The notes under the pieces: generated by a model
What the model was told of the DNA's origin: nothing
The model's input: only the letters and a program-made list of their open reading frames with translations
Database searches by the model: none
Shown: piece by piece, positions 34,866 through 44,142 of the stretch
Position numbering within the stretch: the stretch's first letter is position 1
How the letters are laid out: every line of letters starts with the position of its first letter
Assembly: GCA_022508745.1 (NCBI GenBank)
Contig: JAFLUP010000001.1
Coordinates: 3,912 to 67,911, forward strand
Length of the DNA: 64,000 nucleotides
Origin: Oscillospiraceae bacterium
Lineage (GTDB): Bacteria > Bacillota > Clostridia > Oscillospirales > CAG-382
Direction of reading: 5' to 3'
Translations under genes and position numbers: made by a program

Positions 34866-36410
34866 ATGAATAAAAAAGGACTTTCGGCGGAGCGGGGGAA
34901 CCGCATCAAACGGGGAACCGTTTCCGTCATCTATACCGTGGTGTTCATCGCGCTGGTGATCGCCCTGAACTTGGTGATTTCCTCCATCGCAGGCTCCGTC
35001 AGCCTGACCATCGACCTGACGGCGGAGGAATTTATTTCCATCGGGGATGTCTCCCGCAATGTGCTGGGCTCCCTGGATAAAAGCGGTGATCTGCAGGCCA
35101 CCATCTACCTGCTTGCCGACCGGGACGCGTACGACAACGTGGCGGACGAGACTCGCACGGCGATGCGCGGTCTGAACCCGCTGGCGCTGGTGCGCGACCT
35201 CTGCGAGGAATATGCGCGCACGTACAGCGGCATCAAGGTGGAGTATAAGAATCTGGAGCGCGACCCGGAATGGGCGAAGGAATATAACGAACGCGCCAAT
35301 ACCACGCTGACCACCAGCCACATCGTTGTGGAGGGCACCAAGCACGAGGAGGGGCAGAACCACGCCCGCGTGCTGACGCTGGACGCCTTCTTTACGGTGG
35401 ACAGCGAAACGAGGCAGTACATCGGCTTCAACGGCGAGCTTCGTCTGACCACCGCGCTGCTGCAAAGCTGTATGCCCGAGCCGCAGGTGGTGACGTTCAC
35501 CTCCGGTCACGGGGAGCCTGCCAGCGCGTCCACCCCGCTTGCGAATCTGCTGGGGAAAAACGGATTTGAGGTGCTGGAAGTCGATCTGTCCACCGATGAC
35601 ATCGACGAACGCACGCGGATCCTGATCGTCAACGATCCCCTGACGGATTTTACCGATTCCGAAGTGGAAAAGCTGATGGATTACGTGGGTGCGTACAACA
35701 GCCTGATCGTTCTGGTGGACGATTCCACCCCCGCGCTGCCAAAATTGCAGGACTATCTGCTGGAGGAGTGGGGGATGGACTACCGTCCGTACCATCAGGT
35801 CACGTCCTCGGTGAATTTCAATAACAACCAGTTGAACCTGTCCGCGCAGTACGTCACCGACGTAGCGGAAGCGGAGCGAAGCGCGGGATATGAGATTGTC
35901 AAAAACCTGAACGGAAAGACCATCATGCCCAACAGCGTGGAGCTGTACGGCGCGCCTGTCAAGACCAAGGACCGGTACACGCTGGAGACGGTACTGCGTT
36001 CTGCCGCCGGCTCGACCTCCACCTATATCAAGACCGGCGAGGAGGAAACGGGTGCGTTCCCGCTGATGCTGCTTTCCACCGACGGCGATTACGTGGATCT
36101 GAACGACGAAAACAGCACCAACCAGACCATGAAATTCCAGTACGTGATGCTGGTGGGCTCCACCGACTTTGCCGGACCGGGCTGTCTGGACAGCGCGGCG
36201 TACGTCAACAGCGCCATCGTGCTTTCCGCCGTCCGCACCATGGGCGTGGAGCGGTATTCGCTGAACATTGATTACAAGGCGATCAACGATGTGGCACTGA
36301 CCATCGAGACGGACGCGGCGTTCCGCTTGGGCGTCATCATCTGTGCGGTGCTGCCTGCCGCCATCACCATCGCGGGTTTGGTGGTCTTTGTCCGCCGGAG
36401 ACATCTGTAA
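34866..36410 (+). CDS. GldG-like ABC transport auxiliary protein
   Basis: 514 aa with N- and C-terminal TM anchors flanking a large domain. Position after the A/F-like genes is typical of GldG-family proteins. Confidence 0.7.
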   Translation: MNKKGLSAERGNRIKRGTVSVIYTVVFIALVIALNLVISSIAGSVSLTIDLTAEEFISIGDVSRNVLGSLDKSGDLQATIYLLADRDAYDNVADETRTAMRGLNPLALVRDLCEEYARTYSGIKVEYKNLERDPEWAKEYNERANTTLTTSHIVVEGTKHEEGQNHARVLTLDAFFTVDSETRQYIGFNGELRLTTALLQSCMPEPQVVTFTSGHGEPASASTPLANLLGKNGFEVLEVDLSTDDIDERTRILIVNDPLTDFTDSEVEKLMDYVGAYNSLIVLVDDSTPALPKLQDYLLEEWGMDYRPYHQVTSSVNFNNNQLNLSAQYVTDVAEAERSAGYEIVKNLNGKTIMPNSVELYGAPVKTKDRYTLETVLRSAAGSTSTYIKTGEEETGAFPLMLLSTDGDYVDLNDENSTNQTMKFQYVMLVGSTDFAGPGCLDSAAYVNSAIVLSAVRTMGVERYSLNIDYKAINDVALTIETDAAFRLGVIICAVLPAAITIAGLVVFVRRRHL

Positions 36411-36431
36411 GATGCGGAAAGGAATCACTTC

Positions 36432-39065
36432 ATGAGTATGGAATCAAACGAAAATCGGGATCTGCCGGAGGAGCAGACGACTCCGCCGGCGGAGGAGAAT
36501 AAAGACGGCCTTTCGGAAGCCGAACGGCAGGAGATCCTCTCCGTTTTCGCGGAAACCAACGAGAATAAACGCCGTCGCAGCGGGTTCCGCCTGACGGTCA
36601 AAAACCAGTTGATCCTCATCGGCAGCGTTCTGGTGCTGGCGGGGGTGCTTTTGGGCGTCTATTTCCTGTTCTTGCAGGAATCCGAACCCCTCCCCGCGTT
36701 CTACGAACAGACCGCTTCCACGCAGGAAGTGCTGGATGGGCTGGAGCATCGGGCGGACATCACCTTCTGCAACCGGGCCAAGGGCGAACTGTCCGAGGAA
36801 ACGGATCCGGACGTCTACCGGATTTATGCCTACGCTACGCTGTATGCCGACCGAAGCAGTCGCGTCAAGCTGTCTTTCGCACCGAAGGATACCTTCAACG
36901 GCGTGCGCATCGAGTGTAACGGGCAGACCATGGAGATCCCCTATGGGAACTTCTACCGCACACGCGCCATCGACGGCAAGGTGTGGGGCTTCGACGGCGA
37001 AGCGCTGTTTACCAACGCGCTGCTGACCATGACGGGCAAGGAAGTGCTGGAACTGAAGGTGCGTCCTTTGAACGGATATGACGAAGACGGCTGCGACGTT
37101 CTGGTGTCCGGCGGTGTTGTCATGTTCCCCATGGTGGCGCGGGAAAACATCGATATGTTGACCGTGACCAACGGCGAAGGACAGTATGTCGTCGTTCGGA
37201 ACGGCAAAAACTTCTATTTCTCCAACTATGAGCAGTTGTCCTACAACGCCGACCGGTTTGCCTCCCTGTTGGTGGACTGCCGGTATGTGATCACGGCGGG
37301 CAAGCTGGACGACCAGCTGGACTATGCCGTCTATGGGCTCGACAGCGAAAAGAATCTGACCTGCAAGTACCTGCTGATGACCACGCCGGACAAGGAAGGC
37401 AATCGGTTCTTCCATTATGTCTGGGTCGGGAAGCCGGATTCCGCCGGAACCTACTATTACGCGCGGTATTTCGGCGGGAAGATGGATTCGCATGATAAGG
37501 TCGTGGAAAGCTACTACAACCCGCGGATCTTCCTGATCCCCCGTACCAATGTGGAGGGCAATCTGGTCCAGCCGGTGGAGACTTTCTTCGACGCAAATCT
37601 TGTCACCGGCATTTCCCAGGTGGACGAGATCTACAGCTTCGATCAGGTGCATCTGGATCATTACTATTACGATGAGGAGATGCCGGACTTTTCCGCCACC
37701 ATCCTCAATATGCCCGTCATTGGCTTTTCGGACAATATCACCTCCAACGATTCCAACGTGGCGGAGCTGTTGCGGGATAAGAAACCCTATCTCTCCAGCG
37801 GGCTGACCTATCGGGATTGGACGAAGGGGTCGGACGCGGAATATCTGGTGGGGCTCAACAGCAGCGACGGGGAACCCTTCTCGGTGATCGCTTCCGTGAC
37901 CAATATCGCCGCGGACGGCGTGTACGAATGTAGCTTCGGGCTGCTGCTGGACAGTGAAAACGAAACCTTTGCCGCGCTGCTGCCGGAAAACATCAGCATC
38001 CGTTACAGCACGGACGGGATCAGCTACCGCAAACTCTCCTCCCACGGGCTGGACTTCTCCTCCCATCCGGAAGGAACCGTGCAAAACTACTCCTTCCGCA
38101 TCGAAAGCGAGGAGCCGGTGGTGAAGATCGAGTTGACCTTCACCCTGCCGAAGGTCAAGGGCTATCTGGTCATGGACGACATCCGCATCACCGCCAACGG
38201 CGAGGATGCGGTACCCAATGACGCGCTTTCCGGCGTGTGGCGGATGGTCAAGGGCGGGGATTTCGTCCCGGAAGGGAAGAATTACGCCTATATGGACAGC
38301 ACCAACTTCTCCGATTTCCTTTACAGCATCGCAACGCTGCAAGGGGACAGTGTGGCGAAGGTGGGCATCAGCCATCGCGGCGAAAACAAGGGCGACGACG
38401 TGATTGACATGGAAATGCTGGCGGAATTCGGGCTGGATCGCCCGGCAACGCACGTTTCCTACCTCTATAAAGGACTTGTTACCGACCTGTATATTTCCGC
38501 CCGCGATGAGGAAAACCAGTGCTATTATGCGTATTCCACCATCACCGGGGATGTGTACGAGAACGGAAAAACCGTGACCATCTGCACCGGTCTGGTGGCG
38601 AGGATCTCCGCTTCCACCGCCGCATGGCTGGAATGGGATCCGCTGGAACTGGTGGATCACTCCCTTGTGGGGATGTTCGTCTATGAGATCCAGCAGATGA
38701 CCGTCACGTATGAAGGCACGGACTACGTGTTTAACGTAAAAGCGGACGGCAATACCCTCACCTCCGTCACCTGGGGCAATCAGGAGCTGGACGAGCGGAG
38801 CTTCCGTTACCTGTACCTGTCCATCGTGCAGTTGAATATGCGGGATACCTATACCCCTGCCGATGGCGATACGCCCACGGAATACCTGCGCGTGAAGATC
38901 AAGACCACGTCGGATGAGAAGGAATATGTCTTCTACCGCGTGTCTTCCAGCCGCGCATACTATACCATCAACGGCTCCGGCGGCTATTACTGCCTGTTCA
39001 ATTCCCTGCGCAACGTGACCACCAAGCTCCAGCAGTTCATCAACGGCGAGCAGGTCGGCAAATGA
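36432..39065 (+). CDS. large membrane-anchored protein (DUF4340-like by context)
   Basis: 877 aa. One N-terminal TM (LILIGSVLVLAGVLLGVYFLFL). Follows the GldG-like gene, as DUF4340 proteins commonly do. Family call is by context only. Confidence 0.6.
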   Translation: MSMESNENRDLPEEQTTPPAEENKDGLSEAERQEILSVFAETNENKRRRSGFRLTVKNQLILIGSVLVLAGVLLGVYFLFLQESEPLPAFYEQTASTQEVLDGLEHRADITFCNRAKGELSEETDPDVYRIYAYATLYADRSSRVKLSFAPKDTFNGVRIECNGQTMEIPYGNFYRTRAIDGKVWGFDGEALFTNALLTMTGKEVLELKVRPLNGYDEDGCDVLVSGGVVMFPMVARENIDMLTVTNGEGQYVVVRNGKNFYFSNYEQLSYNADRFASLLVDCRYVITAGKLDDQLDYAVYGLDSEKNLTCKYLLMTTPDKEGNRFFHYVWVGKPDSAGTYYYARYFGGKMDSHDKVVESYYNPRIFLIPRTNVEGNLVQPVETFFDANLVTGISQVDEIYSFDQVHLDHYYYDEEMPDFSATILNMPVIGFSDNITSNDSNVAELLRDKKPYLSSGLTYRDWTKGSDAEYLVGLNSSDGEPFSVIASVTNIAADGVYECSFGLLLDSENETFAALLPENISIRYSTDGISYRKLSSHGLDFSSHPEGTVQNYSFRIESEEPVVKIELTFTLPKVKGYLVMDDIRITANGEDAVPNDALSGVWRMVKGGDFVPEGKNYAYMDSTNFSDFLYSIATLQGDSVAKVGISHRGENKGDDVIDMEMLAEFGLDRPATHVSYLYKGLVTDLYISARDEENQCYYAYSTITGDVYENGKTVTICTGLVARISASTAAWLEWDPLELVDHSLVGMFVYEIQQMTVTYEGTDYVFNVKADGNTLTSVTWGNQELDERSFRYLYLSIVQLNMRDTYTPADGDTPTEYLRVKIKTTSDEKEYVFYRVSSSRAYYTINGSGGYYCLFNSLRNVTTKLQQFINGEQVGK

Positions 39066-39859
39066 TGCGCGGGCGGTCGGCTGCTGCGGTCATTGCCCTG
39101 CTTCTGGCGTCGGTGTTCCTTCTGGCGTCCTGCGGGGCAAAGCCGGATGAGGAAACCTATCAGTTGCTTTCCGGTCTGCAAACGGGGCTGGAAAGCCGGA
39201 CGAGGGCGGAAACAGGCTTCTGGATGGAAGCCTCCTTCCGGGACCCGGACACCGGGAAGAGCGGCGTGCTCTACTCTCTGGACGGGGAGACCCGCTACGA
39301 TACGGCTTCCCAAACCGCATGGCAGCGGTTCACCGTCACGCGGCTGGGGGCAACCGCCGCGGGGGAAGAATACTACGCAGACGGCACGAAAACCCATCTG
39401 GAGGGAGGGCAGGTAAAGCTGCTCCCCACGGAACCGGAGGTCATGTTCGGCGCGTTTCCCTACCGTTTGGCGCCGCTGCCCGCGTTTTCGGAGTTGAAAA
39501 GCACGAAAACGGAGGAGAACGGCAGCGGAATGCTCTACACGCTGGTAACGGCGGCGGGGCAACAGGCGCTGATCGAGGAGATCTGGGGGCTGGATCTGTA
39601 TGCCCTCGCCGGCATCTCTTCGCCGGACCGGGAAAAGGAGTCCTACGGGGACGTGACCTATACCTGGTCTGTGACGGACGGGAAGGTTCAAACGCTGTAT
39701 GTGGAGCTGACCGTCTCCCTGTTCGAAAAGACCGGCTATACCCCCGGCTATTCAGGGGGGAAGGACGACGGTCGGTTGGATCTGACCATCCGTACGCGGC
39801 TCTCCTTCCGGAATACGGGAGACGCCGTGGAGATTCCTACGTATGAGGCGGCGGAATGA
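39062..39859 (+). CDS. putative lipoprotein
   Basis: 265 aa. Lipobox LLASC-GAK. ATGA overlap with the upstream gene. Confidence 0.65.
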   Translation: MMRGRSAAAVIALLLASVFLLASCGAKPDEETYQLLSGLQTGLESRTRAETGFWMEASFRDPDTGKSGVLYSLDGETRYDTASQTAWQRFTVTRLGATAAGEEYYADGTKTHLEGGQVKLLPTEPEVMFGAFPYRLAPLPAFSELKSTKTEENGSGMLYTLVTAAGQQALIEEIWGLDLYALAGISSPDREKESYGDVTYTWSVTDGKVQTLYVELTVSLFEKTGYTPGYSGGKDDGRLDLTIRTRLSFRNTGDAVEIPTYEAAE

Positions 39860-40506
39860 AAGAAGCGATGAACGATCTGCGCGGCGAAGCGCAGGTTTGC
39901 TACGTATTCGGTGCGGGGGACGCCTGCGACGTGCGCGTTCCTCCCGGAAAAGCGGATCTGGTGGTGGCGGCGGACGGCGGTCTGCGGCAGCTGGAAGATT
40001 TGGGCATCCGCCCGGACGTGATCCTCGGCGACTTCGATTCTCTGGGCTTTGTCCCGGAGGGGGAGCAGGTGCGGGTTTTCCCCACGGCAAAGGATGAAAC
40101 CGATCTGATGATCGCCTGCCGCGAAGGGCTTGCGCGGGGATACCGCGTGTTCCGTCTGTACGGCGGACTGGGAGGTGCAAGGGTCAGCCACACGGTGGCG
40201 AACCTGCAACTGCTGCGCTGGCTTGCGGATCAGGGCGCTGCGGGGACCCTCTACGGACCGACCTGCGAGGTGACGCTGCTGCGGGATCGGACGGTGCGGT
40301 TTCCGGCGGGGCAGACCGGCTTCCTTTCGCTGTTTGCGGCGGGGGAGCAGGCGGTTGTCACCGTGCGGGGCGCCGCTTACGAGCTGGAAAAGGGCGTTTT
40401 GACCGGTCGTTTCCCCTTGGGCGTGAGCAATGCCTTTTGCGGGCGGGAGACGGAAGTGACCGTCCACGAAGGGGATCTGCTGGTGATTTTGGAGCCGGAA
40501 GCGTAA
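39856..40506 (+). CDS. thiamine diphosphokinase
   Basis: 216 aa. VVAADGG...ILGDFDS...KDETDL motif order is typical of TPK. ATGA overlap with the upstream gene. Confidence 0.8.
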   Translation: MKEAMNDLRGEAQVCYVFGAGDACDVRVPPGKADLVVAADGGLRQLEDLGIRPDVILGDFDSLGFVPEGEQVRVFPTAKDETDLMIACREGLARGYRVFRLYGGLGGARVSHTVANLQLLRWLADQGAAGTLYGPTCEVTLLRDRTVRFPAGQTGFLSLFAAGEQAVVTVRGAAYELEKGVLTGRFPLGVSNAFCGRETEVTVHEGDLLVILEPEA

Positions 40507-40545
40507 AAAAGACGCCGGAAAAAGCAAAAAAAATAAAAAAAGCCC

Positions 40546-40574
40546 TTGCAATTCTAAAAAAAGTATGGTATAAT
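40546..40574 (+). promoter_or_regulatory. sigma-A-type promoter for rplS
   Basis: TTGCAA-17 nt-TATAAT with extended -10 TG (TGGTATAAT). Confidence 0.65.
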
Positions 40575-40661
40575 AACCCGTCAATTTGTGGAAACGGTCC
40601 TCTGCTGCTCGGCACGAACGTTTCTTGCGGACTATAAAAAATCTTATAGGAGGATGAGCAC
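40575..40661 (+). promoter_or_regulatory. candidate rplS 5' leader (possible L19 autoregulatory leader)
   Basis: ~85-nt leader with small stems (CCGT/ACGG, GTCC/GGAC). Hairpin CTATAA-6 nt-TTATAG (40632-40649) overlaps the SD AGGAGG. I could not verify a match to the known L19 leader. Confidence 0.3.
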
Positions 40662-41003
40662 ATGACAGTACTGGAAGCATTTGCCAGTCAGCAACTGAAG
40701 TCGGAAGTCCCGCAGTTCAACGTGGGTGATACGGTCAAAGTACACCAGCGGATTGTCGAGGGCACCCGTGAGCGTACCCAGCTCTTTGAGGGCACCGTGA
40801 TCGCGAAGAAGAACGGAGGCATCTCCGAGACGTTTACCGTCCGGCGTGTTTCCTTCGGCGTGGGAACGGAAAAGACGTTCCCGTTGCATTCCCCCAACGT
40901 CCAGAAGGTAGAAGTGGTTCGGCACGGTAAGGTTCGCAGAGCCAAGCTTTACTACCTGCGCGACAGAGTGGGCAAGAGCGCAAAGGTAAAGGAAAAAATC
41001 TGA
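40662..41003 (+). CDS. rplS: 50S ribosomal protein L19
   Basis: 113 aa. [29 protein letters not shown]...RRAKLYYLR. Confidence 0.97.
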   Translation: MTVLEAFASQQLKSEVPQFNVGDTVKVHQRIVEGTRERTQLFEGTVIAKKNGGISETFTVRRVSFGVGTEKTFPLHSPNVQKVEVVRHGKVRRAKLYYLRDRVGKSAKVKEKI

Positions 41004-41013
41004 CTTTTGATGC

Positions 41014-41044
41014 AAAGCACCTCTCTGTGAGGTGCTTTTCTTCT
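41014..41044 (+). terminator. intrinsic terminator/attenuating hairpin after rplS
   Basis: AAAGCACCTC-TCTGT-GAGGTGCTTT followed by TCTTCT. Confidence 0.7.
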
Positions 41045-41067
41045 AAAGAGAAAGGAGACGGGCCGGT

Positions 41068-42048
41068 ATGAACGAGGATATGGAACGCGATACAAACGAT
41101 ACAATCGAATACCTCGACTTGACGCCCGACGCGCATACGGAGGAAAAACCGGCGCGAAAGGCGAAACGGCCGACGCCGGAGGAACCGGATCTGGAGCAAC
41201 TGGCAAAGCAGATCCGCGAGGAGCTGGAGCGCGGAAGCGAGCAGGCCCCCCCGACGGAGAAAGCGCCGGAAGACGACGGCACGGCTCCGAAGAAGAACGC
41301 TGAAGAGGAGCAGCCCGAGGCGCAGTCCGAGGAGACGCCCGAGGGGCAGGAAACGCAGGAAGCACCGGAGGATACGCAGGAAGATCAGGCGGAAGCGCCG
41401 GAGGATCAGGCGGAAGAAACGTCGGAAGATAAGCCGGAAGATAAGCCGGAAGAAACGCCGGAGGAAGCCCGGACGCGCAAGTTCCGCGGGGTCTTCGAGT
41501 ATGTGGAGACCTTCTGTGTGGCGCTTGGGGTGATGATCCTGCTGTTCATGTTCGTATTCCGCTATGTTTCGGTGGACGGCGACTCCATGCTGCCCACGCT
41601 GCACGGCGGGAAGGCCTCCGATCACGCGGACCGGCTGATCATCTCCGATTTTCTGTATCATCCGAAGACCGGCGACGTGGTGGTCATCAGCACCGGCACG
41701 GGAGAGAAGCCGTTGATCAAACGGGTGATCGCCGCCGGCGGGCAGACCGTTCGCATCAATTTCAAGACCTGGGAAGTCTCCGTGGACGGCGTTAAGCTGC
41801 AGGAAGACTACATCTGGTACGTGGAAGGAAGACCGATGGAGGTCAGAGACATGGCTGCCATGTACGGGGTGGATGAAAACGGCGTTTGCGAGTTTACGGT
41901 CGGCGAAGACAAGGTCTTCGTCATGGGGGACAACCGCAACGATTCCAAGGACAGCCGCTTCCGGGAGATCGGAGAGCAGGACGTGGAGCACATTCTGGGG
42001 AAGGTGATCCTACGGCTGTTCCCGCTGCCGGAGTTTGGACCGGTATAG
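41068..42048 (+). CDS. lepB: signal peptidase I with long acidic N-terminal extension
   Basis: 326 aa. Catalytic Ser box GDSMLPTL, Lys box LIKRVIAAGG, and GDNRNDSKDSR. A ~140-aa Glu/Pro/Gln/Asp-rich segment precedes the TM helix. Confidence 0.87.
   Translation: MNEDMERDTNDTIEYLDLTPDAHTEEKPARKAKRPTPEEPDLEQLAKQIREELERGSEQAPPTEKAPEDDGTAPKKNAEEEQPEAQSEETPEGQETQEAPEDTQEDQAEAPEDQAEETSEDKPEDKPEETPEEARTRKFRGVFEYVETFCVALGVMILLFMFVFRYVSVDGDSMLPTLHGGKASDHADRLIISDFLYHPKTGDVVVISTGTGEKPLIKRVIAAGGQTVRINFKTWEVSVDGVKLQEDYIWYVEGRPMEVRDMAAMYGVDENGVCEFTVGEDKVFVMGDNRNDSKDSRFREIGEQDVEHILGKVILRLFPLPEFGPV
41411..41458 (+). repeat. in-frame 12-nt tandem repeat (4 units) inside lepB
   Basis: CGGAAGAAACGT CGGAAGATAAGC CGGAAGATAAGC CGGAAGAAACGC, encoding ..EETS EDKP EDKP EETP.. 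Related longer repeats (GATCAGGCGGAAG) lie just upstream. Confidence 0.85.
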
Positions 42049-42118
42049 AACAACCGTCACGCCGTTGTTTTCAGAGCGTTTTACGGCATACGATAGAGAA
42101 AAAGGAGAGGGATCGCGC

Positions 42119-42964
42119 ATGGATCGGGAGATCGTCTGGTACCCCGGACACATGAATCGCGCACGGCGCAAGATCAAGGAAAGTCTGCCGCTGGTGGATC
42201 TGGTGATCGAGCTGCTGGATGCCCGCGCGCCGCTCTCCAGCCGCAATCCCTCCTTTGCGGAGCTGTTCGCCGGAAAGCCCAGCCTGACGCTGCTGACCAA
42301 GTGCAGTCTGGCGGATCGGAACGCGGTCAGCAAGTACGTCAACCTGCTCAAAGGGGAAAACCGCATGGTGCTTCCCATCGACTGCAAAGAAGGCATGGGC
42401 ATCAAGAAAGTCGCCCCTGCCATTCGGGAGCTGATGGCGGAAAAACTGGCAAGATATGAAGCAAAGGGCATGAAAAAGCCTCTCCGCGCCATGGTCGTCG
42501 GCATCACGAACGTGGGGAAATCCACCTTTATCAATACCTTCGCCGGGGCAAAGAAGGCCAAAGCGGAGGATCGTCCGGGCGTGACCCGGAGCAACCAGTG
42601 GATCGCCGTCCCCGCCATGGGGGTGGAGCTGCTGGATACGCCCGGTTTGCTCTGGCATAAGTTTGAGGACCAGACGGTGGCACGCAAGCTGGCCATCCTC
42701 GGTTCCATTCGGGATGAAATTCTCGACCAAATTGAGCTTTCCTGCGCGATGCTGGGGATGCTGCGGGTGAAATACCCTACTTTGTTGACTGCCCGCTACA
42801 AGGTGGAATGGACGGACGAGGATTCGGATTACGACCTGTTTGAAAAGATCGCGCGGAAGCGGGGATGGATCCGCTCCGGCGGCGTGATAGACGAGGATCG
42901 TACCGCCTCCGTGCTGCTGGACGAGTTCCGCGCCGGAACCATCGGGCAGATCACGCTGGATTGA
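42119..42964 (+). CDS. rbgA: ribosome biogenesis GTPase YlqF/RbgA
   Basis: ATG 42119 follows AAAGGAGAGG. WYPGHM N-terminus. Circularly permuted GTPase motifs (LTKCSLAD, GITNVGKST, DTPG). Confidence 0.9.
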   Translation: MDREIVWYPGHMNRARRKIKESLPLVDLVIELLDARAPLSSRNPSFAELFAGKPSLTLLTKCSLADRNAVSKYVNLLKGENRMVLPIDCKEGMGIKKVAPAIRELMAEKLARYEAKGMKKPLRAMVVGITNVGKSTFINTFAGAKKAKAEDRPGVTRSNQWIAVPAMGVELLDTPGLLWHKFEDQTVARKLAILGSIRDEILDQIELSCAMLGMLRVKYPTLLTARYKVEWTDEDSDYDLFEKIARKRGWIRSGGVIDEDRTASVLLDEFRAGTIGQITLD

Positions 42965-43070
42965 TTTGAAAATCACGAAAGCGAAAGTGATTACGATCGT
43001 GTTTTCAAATCCCATTTGTGCCGTGAAGCGCAAGGCGCTTCATTTTCCTGAAGGAAAAACGTCACAAATG
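42965..43070 (+). ncRNA. candidate structured intercistronic element, copy B (rbgA|rnhB)
   Basis: Module 1: TTTGAAAA(42965-42972)...TTTTCAAA(43002-43009) encloses TCAC/GTGA. Module 2: CATTTGTG(43013-43020)...CACAAATG(43063-43070) encloses TGAAGCGC/GCGCTTCA and TTTTCC/GGAAAA. Confidence 0.5.
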
Positions 43071-43093
43071 TAAAGGAGGGGATTGTCATTACC

Positions 43094-43711
43094 ATGGCAA
43101 ACGCATTGGATTGGGTCGTCGAGGACGGCTTCCGCACGGACGCGCTGCAGGTGTTCTGCGGTTGTGACGAGGCGGGGCGCGGCCCTTTGGCGGGGCCCGT
43201 GTACGCCGCGGCGGTGATTCTGCCGCGGGATTTTTTACCGGCAGATCTCAACGATTCCAAAAAACTCTCTCCTGCAAAACGGGAGAAGTTATATGAGGAA
43301 ATCCGCGCCCACGCGCTGGATTTTGCCATCGCTCGCGCCGAAGTGGAGGAGATCGAGCGGATCGATATTCTCAACGCCGCCATGCTTGCCATGCGTCGGG
43401 CGGTCGCCGGTCTGAAGCAGATGCCGGACGGTGCGCTCGTCGACGGACCCATCGCAAGGGAGTTCCCGCTGCCCGCGTTTCCCGTGGTGGGCGGGGACGG
43501 AAAGTGCCCCTCCATCGCGGCGGCGTCCATTTTGGCAAAAGTGGAACGGGACCGGGACTGCATGGAGCTGGATCGGCTCTACCCGCAGTACGGCTTTGCC
43601 TCCCATAAGGGGTACGCCACCAAAGCGCATCGGGAGGCCATTCTGCGCTACGGACCCTGTCCGGCGCACCGGCGCAGCTTTCTGCGCAAGCTGTTGGGAG
43701 AACAGCCGTGA
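43094..43711 (+). CDS. rnhB: ribonuclease HII
   Basis: 205 aa. GCDEAGRGPLAGPV, DSKKLS, and a GDGKCPSIAAASILAK region. Confidence 0.93.
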   Translation: MANALDWVVEDGFRTDALQVFCGCDEAGRGPLAGPVYAAAVILPRDFLPADLNDSKKLSPAKREKLYEEIRAHALDFAIARAEVEEIERIDILNAAMLAMRRAVAGLKQMPDGALVDGPIAREFPLPAFPVVGGDGKCPSIAAASILAKVERDRDCMELDRLYPQYGFASHKGYATKAHREAILRYGPCPAHRRSFLRKLLGEQP

Positions 43712-44142
43712 AGAGCGGGGAAGTCGGGCGGCTGGGAGAGCGCTTGGCGGAAGTGTACCTGGAAAAACAGGGCGTCCGTATTCTGGCGCGGAACTACAGC
43801 GTCCACGGCGGCGAGATCGATCTGATCGGCTTTTGCCGCGGCGGTCTCTTGTATATCGAAGTCAAAACCCGCACCGGGGAAAGCTGGGGAAGCGCGGCGG
43901 AGGCCATCCATCGGGAAAAGCTCCGGCGCATCGAGCGGGCGGCGAAGGAATTCGCCCGCGCGCACGTTTCCGGCGGCAAGGTGCCGGTTTTCTATGGATT
44001 CGGGCTGCGTCTGCTCCGCCGGGTTCGCTACCAGCGGATCGACGGCGTGGAGGTCTACCTGCACGGGGACGGAAGCCTGCAAAAAATCAATCGAATCGAG
44101 GATATGGGTTATGAAATACGTCAGCACGCGCGGGAAGACTGA
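43708..44142 (+). CDS. YraN-family (UPF0102) endonuclease-like protein
   Basis: 144 aa. GTGA overlap with rnhB. GERLAEVYLEKQG..GEIDLIG..IEVKTR. The 3' end overlaps thrC by 32 nt. Confidence 0.8.
   Translation: MKSGEVGRLGERLAEVYLEKQGVRILARNYSVHGGEIDLIGFCRGGLLYIEVKTRTGESWGSAAEAIHREKLRRIERAAKEFARAHVSGGKVPVFYGFGLRLLRRVRYQRIDGVEVYLHGDGSLQKINRIEDMGYEIRQHARED

Noticed and set aside
41411-41458. 12-nt tandem repeats as a CRISPR-like or non-coding array
   Set aside because: The units are contiguous with no spacers. They are in frame and encode the acidic low-complexity tail of LepB.
44111-44142. 32-nt overlap of yraN and thrC as a sign of a frameshift or pseudogene
   Set aside because: Both reading frames are intact and both have full-length family-typical sequence. 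The overlap most likely reflects a slightly extended YraN C-terminus.
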